A model generated the notes under the pieces. That model was given only the letters and a program-made list of their open reading frames with translations. It was not told where the DNA came from and did not search any database. A stretch of 64,000 nucleotides of DNA from Pristiophorus japonicus (Eukaryota), in contig NC_091977.1 of assembly GCF_044704955.1 (NCBI RefSeq), positions 14,198,001-14,262,000 of the forward strand, in the 5' to 3' direction. Numbering within the stretch: position 1 is the stretch's first letter; every line of letters begins with the position of its first letter. The position numbers and the translations under genes were made by a program. Positions 61,871 to 64,000 of the stretch are shown piece after piece.

Positions 61871-62107
61871 GCACAACAGATGAATGATCAGATCTGTCCA
61901 CACCTCAACTCAACACTTCTAGCGTCTCTCCGCACTATGCACTTTCCCAAGCTGAGCCCTCAGGATGGACCTGCTATCAGCCTCAACAGGTGTATCTCAT
62001 GAATTACTGCGAGACAGGCAGACGAGGCAGGGCCCAGCTTTGATTCTAGCCCACCTCCGCTCTGCTGAATTAGCTAATCTCACATCTGAGCAGCAACCTC
62101 GCTGGTT

Positions 62108-62462
62108 ACAGTGGCGCAGTGGTTATGTTAATGGACCAGTAATCCAGAGGCCTAAACCAACGATCCAGAGACACGAGTTCAAATCCCACCACGGCAGCGG
62201 AGGAATTTCAATTCAATAATTTTGGAATTAAAGCGCTAGTATCAGTAATGGTGTCGTAAAAACCCATCTGGTTCACTAATGTCCTTTAGGGAAGGAAATC
62301 TGCCGTCCTTACCTGGTCTGGCCTATATGTGACTCCAGACCCACAGCAATGTGGTTGACGCTTAACTGCCCTCTGAAATGGCGGCTCACTACCACCTTCT
62401 CAAGGGCAACTAGGAATGGGCAATAAATGCTGGCGATGCCCACATCCCGTGAATGGAAAAAA
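62108..62462 (+). mobile_element. tRNA-derived SINE, second family, near full length
   Basis: A box tggcgcagtgg at 62112, B box gagttcaaatcc at 62175, and a 3' tail of the same type as the second-lineage LINE tail. Confidence 0.8.
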
Positions 62463-62789
62463 ACATTACGCCCCCGGGATAAGGAAATAAAGTTCTCACT
62501 GATTATTGCGAACGAGACCCCCTGCTGGAGGTCAGAGCGGGTGAACATCGGGTGGTCCGCTTGCCCCTGTGGTTGAATAGCCTAGCGAAAGATCTTTAAT
62601 AAAAGAGCCCCAGGTGGCTAACCAATGACCCCTGCTGGAATGCGAGCGCTAGGCCAGGTAAGGGGCACCAGCCCGTGGTTCAGACGGCAGCACTCTTGCC
62701 TTCAAACCCCACTCCACAGACTGAAATAACAAATTCCAGGCCGACACTCCCAGCATCGAGGGAGCGCTGTTGGAGGTACCATCTTATAT

Positions 62790-63297
62790 TCACTGGACAT
62801 TAAGGGATATAGGAATCAGGCGGGGGAAGTGGGACTGTGGAAGAAGATCAGCCATGATCTTATTGAATGGCAGAGCAGGCTCGAGGGGCCATATGGTCTG
62901 CTCCTAATTCTTATGTTCTTTTGTAAGATCAGGATTAGGCCTGTGGTGCAGAATAATGGACATTTGGGTGAGGATCCAGGACGCGGGGGGGCAGGAAACA
63001 TAGAAAATAGGAGCAGTAGTAGGCCATTTGGCTCTTCGAGTCTGCCCCGCCATTCAATATGATCATGGCGGATTCTCCATCTCAACACCATATTCCCGCT
63101 TTCTCCCCATACCCCTTGATGTCTTTTGTGTCTAGAAATCTATCTAACTCCCTCTTAGATATATTCAGTGACTTGGCCTCCACAGCCTTCTGTGGTAGAC
63201 AATTCCACAGGTTCACCACCCTCGGAGTGAAAAAAATTCTCACCTTGGTCCTAAATTTCCTACCCCGCACCCCGAGACTGTGACCCCTTGTTCTAGA
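62790..63297. mobile_element. Two CR1 3' fragments in opposite orientation
   Basis: Tails at 62790-62920 (+) and 62995-63297 (-). Confidence 0.85.
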
Positions 63298-64000
63298 CGA
63301 ACCCCAGCAAGAGCTCGCACCTCCGGGAAAGATGTGGACACATGACTTTCAAAATAAAAGACACAATCCTCTTAAAACCCCTACATGTTGAAGATCACAT
63401 TACGGCAAAACCCACCGTTTACCTGTCTGAGCAAACTGTGACGTGTTGCATCAGTCAGAGTGACAACACCCAAGGCCAAAGGAAGTTCCCCTTACTCAGA
63501 CCTGAATCATACCAGGGGCCCCGACAATCATGCATTCATTCATCGATTTTCCATGAAAGCCTCAGCATTTGTAATACAATTACGCAGGGTTGGTTTTCAA
63601 ACTAATGTGCGCAGGGATCCTTGCAAAGCCTGACATAGACCCAGGAACCTTTGCCCGCTCCCTTCCCCACCCCAGTTCTAGTTTTGAAGAGAGTGTGTCA
63701 GCTACCCAAAGGAAAACAGTGACATGACTGCAGAATAAGGTTTTTTTTGTTCATTATCATACATCAACCGTACAAGTCGACAAATACGGAAAAGTAATGG
63801 CAGAACCAGCTACTTTGGGACCTCAGCCAACCACTCTCGCTGATCCCCTGGGGTCTTTTGGGGGAGGGGGGGGGTTGGGGGCGCCTCGGTTTGAAAATCC
63901 ATGGGTCCCAGCATTAATTAAACTGAAGATAACAGAAAACGTTGATAATCGGTGGTAGAAATTAAACCCAATTTTATATTTATATTATGAAGGGTTTTGA

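Noticed and set aside
57139-64000. Search for MXD exons 1-2 (SID and EAEHGYAS motifs) or an alternative first exon
   Set aside because: No matching translation was found. A donor-like site at ~63422 has only a 10-codon upstream frame, which is insufficient support.

Overview
Vertebrate nuclear DNA, most likely from a cartilaginous fish (shark), judging by the dense CR1 LINEs with (TTCTTATG)n/(TTTCTATG)n tails, SacSINE1-like DeuSINEs, and L2 and RTE remnants. Two protein-coding genes lie tail-to-tail. On + is the last coding exon and 3' UTR of PRELID1 (CDS 3311-3450). On - are four exons of a MAX-dimerization (MXD/Mad) bHLH-Zip gene (57109-57138, 45275-45389, 38625-38793, 33692-33846), with a probable ~5.4 kb 3' UTR ending near 28230. 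Its SID-encoding 5' exons were not found and probably lie beyond the right edge. The protein looks mostly like MXD4, yet it sits next to PRELID1 where human MXD3 sits, and it carries several MXD3-type residues. Most other sequence is nested retrotransposon debris and minisatellites; almost all ORFs in the supplied track are TE fragments or spurious. The main non-genic observations are: an ORF1-only Tx1/L1-clade element inserted with a target-site duplication into the tRNA-derived head of a SINE; a bipartite RTE-derived non-autonomous family; a second tRNA-derived SINE sharing its tail with a LINE; an old tandem duplication; and an E-box/CCAAT/TATA promoter-like cluster antisense inside an MXD intron. 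No prokaryotic-type system is present. Family names come from motif recognition and recalled reference sequences, not from database searches.
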